Virus record (IMG/VR): IMGVR_UViG_3300022932_000014
Location: 29,638 to 93,637 of that record
DNA: 64,000 bases
Reading direction: 5' to 3' (one strand)
Source: a virus
The notes under the pieces: generated by a model
The model's input: only the letters and a program-made list of their open reading frames with translations
Databases searched by the model: none
Told to the model about the DNA's origin: nothing
Position numbers and translations under genes: made by a program
Shown here: piece after piece, positions 63,274 through 64,000 of the stretch
Position numbering within the stretch: position 1 is the first letter of the stretch
Layout: each line of letters opens with the position of its first letter

Positions 63274-64000
63274 TGATAGTTTTACCAGGTCAGTATACAG
63301 AAGAAATTTGGAAAAGAGGTGGTTCAGTACCACAACATGAAAAATACATAGGAAAATATTATACCAGTTGGTCTAGTATAGAATCTTTTAATGATAAGTC
63401 AGGTTTTAATACAGGGTTATTAGGAGAATTTGAGTACATTTTAAACAAATTTTCTGGTATTAAGTTTCCAGATCTTGGGTGGGGGCAGTATGGTAGTGAA
63501 ACAGAGGCTTATATTACATTAAGAGATAGGGAAGATTTATCAGATATTGACGAGAAAGTACAACAAGAATTTAAGGAGGCATTGATTAACTTCTCTGATA
63601 AAGAAAAAAAGTTATTAGATCAAATACAACCTCTAGGAGTTTTCCAAACCGAAATATGTTATTATATAGAAGAGATTGATATAATATTACTTGGTTATGT
63701 AGATGATCACTCTCCTATTGTAGATGGAAAAATTAAAATGTTACGTGATTATAAAACTAAATCAGAATCTTCTAAAAAAGATTTACATGACCCAAAAAAG
63801 CATCAAATTGAGGGTTATGTGTTGGGGTTTAATCAGAAGGGCTATGAAGTAGAGAATGCAGAATATTGTATAATTGAACGTAATGGTGGTAGAGAGTGTA
63901 TGCAAGGAGGAGGAAGAGAATCTTTATCAGTTGGTGATAGAATTTGGTATGAGAAATACAATTGGGACGAGGCTAGATTAAAAGTTACACACCAAATGAT
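63273..64000 (+). CDS. PD-(D/E)XK (Cas4/RecB-like) exonuclease, truncated by the window end
   Basis: Open frame from ATG 63273 to the end: TEICYY...LGYVDD...RDYKTK...HQIEGY. Confidence 0.75.
   Translation, partial: MIVLPGQYTEEIWKRGGSVPQHEKYIGKYYTSWSSIESFNDKSGFNTGLLGEFEYILNKFSGIKFPDLGWGQYGSETEAYITLRDREDLSDIDEKVQQEFKEALINFSDKEKKLLDQIQPLGVFQTEICYYIEEIDIILLGYVDDHSPIVDGKIKMLRDYKTKSESSKKDLHDPKKHQIEGYVLGFNQKGYEVENAEYCIIERNGGRECMQGGGRESLSVGDRIWYEKYNWDEARLKVTHQM

Noticed and set aside
1-64000. Stop-codon reassignment, as in some crAss-like phages
   Set aside because: Large genes (terminase, portal, MCP, GroEL, RT) are intact in the standard code and coding density is high.
63273-64000. Cas4-like nuclease as a sign of CRISPR-Cas
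   Set aside because: No repeat-spacer array or other cas genes are in the window. Solo PD-(D/E)XK exonucleases are common in phage replication modules.

Overview
This is 64 kb of an AT-rich lytic dsDNA phage genome with a crAss-like (Crassvirales-related) layout. The host is most likely in Bacteroidota, probably Flavobacteriaceae, because many TTTG-N19/20-TAnnTTTG promoters are present. Bases 1-23.6 kb (minus strand) hold the morphogenesis and lysis module: tailspike, GH19 endolysin and holins, conserved capsid-module genes, a homing endonuclease, major capsid protein, scaffold, portal, large terminase, GroEL and IHF-like genes. A structured strand-switch region follows at 23.6-24.9 kb. Bases 24.9-41.5 kb (plus strand) carry recombination and metabolism genes: RecA, HNHs, PhoH, a DUF5664 dNTP diphosphohydrolase, SSB, GroES, a BCS1-like AAA, a kinase-like protein and an HExxH protein. 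Bases 42-59 kb are a dense array of small early or accessory ORFs, with two orphan C5 methyltransferases, a PemK-like protein, a lipoprotein plus beta-barrel pair, a degenerate tRNA-like element and a P22 gp17-like protein. The strongest signal is a compact diversity-generating retroelement (DGR) at 59.4-61.5 kb. One template repeat and a DGR-type RT are flanked by two small target genes with no signal peptide. Their 54-nt variable repeats differ from the template almost only at adenines (15/15 and 12/13 mismatches). No Avd gene and no tail-fibre target is visible. All family assignments come from motif recognition by eye; no database searches were run.
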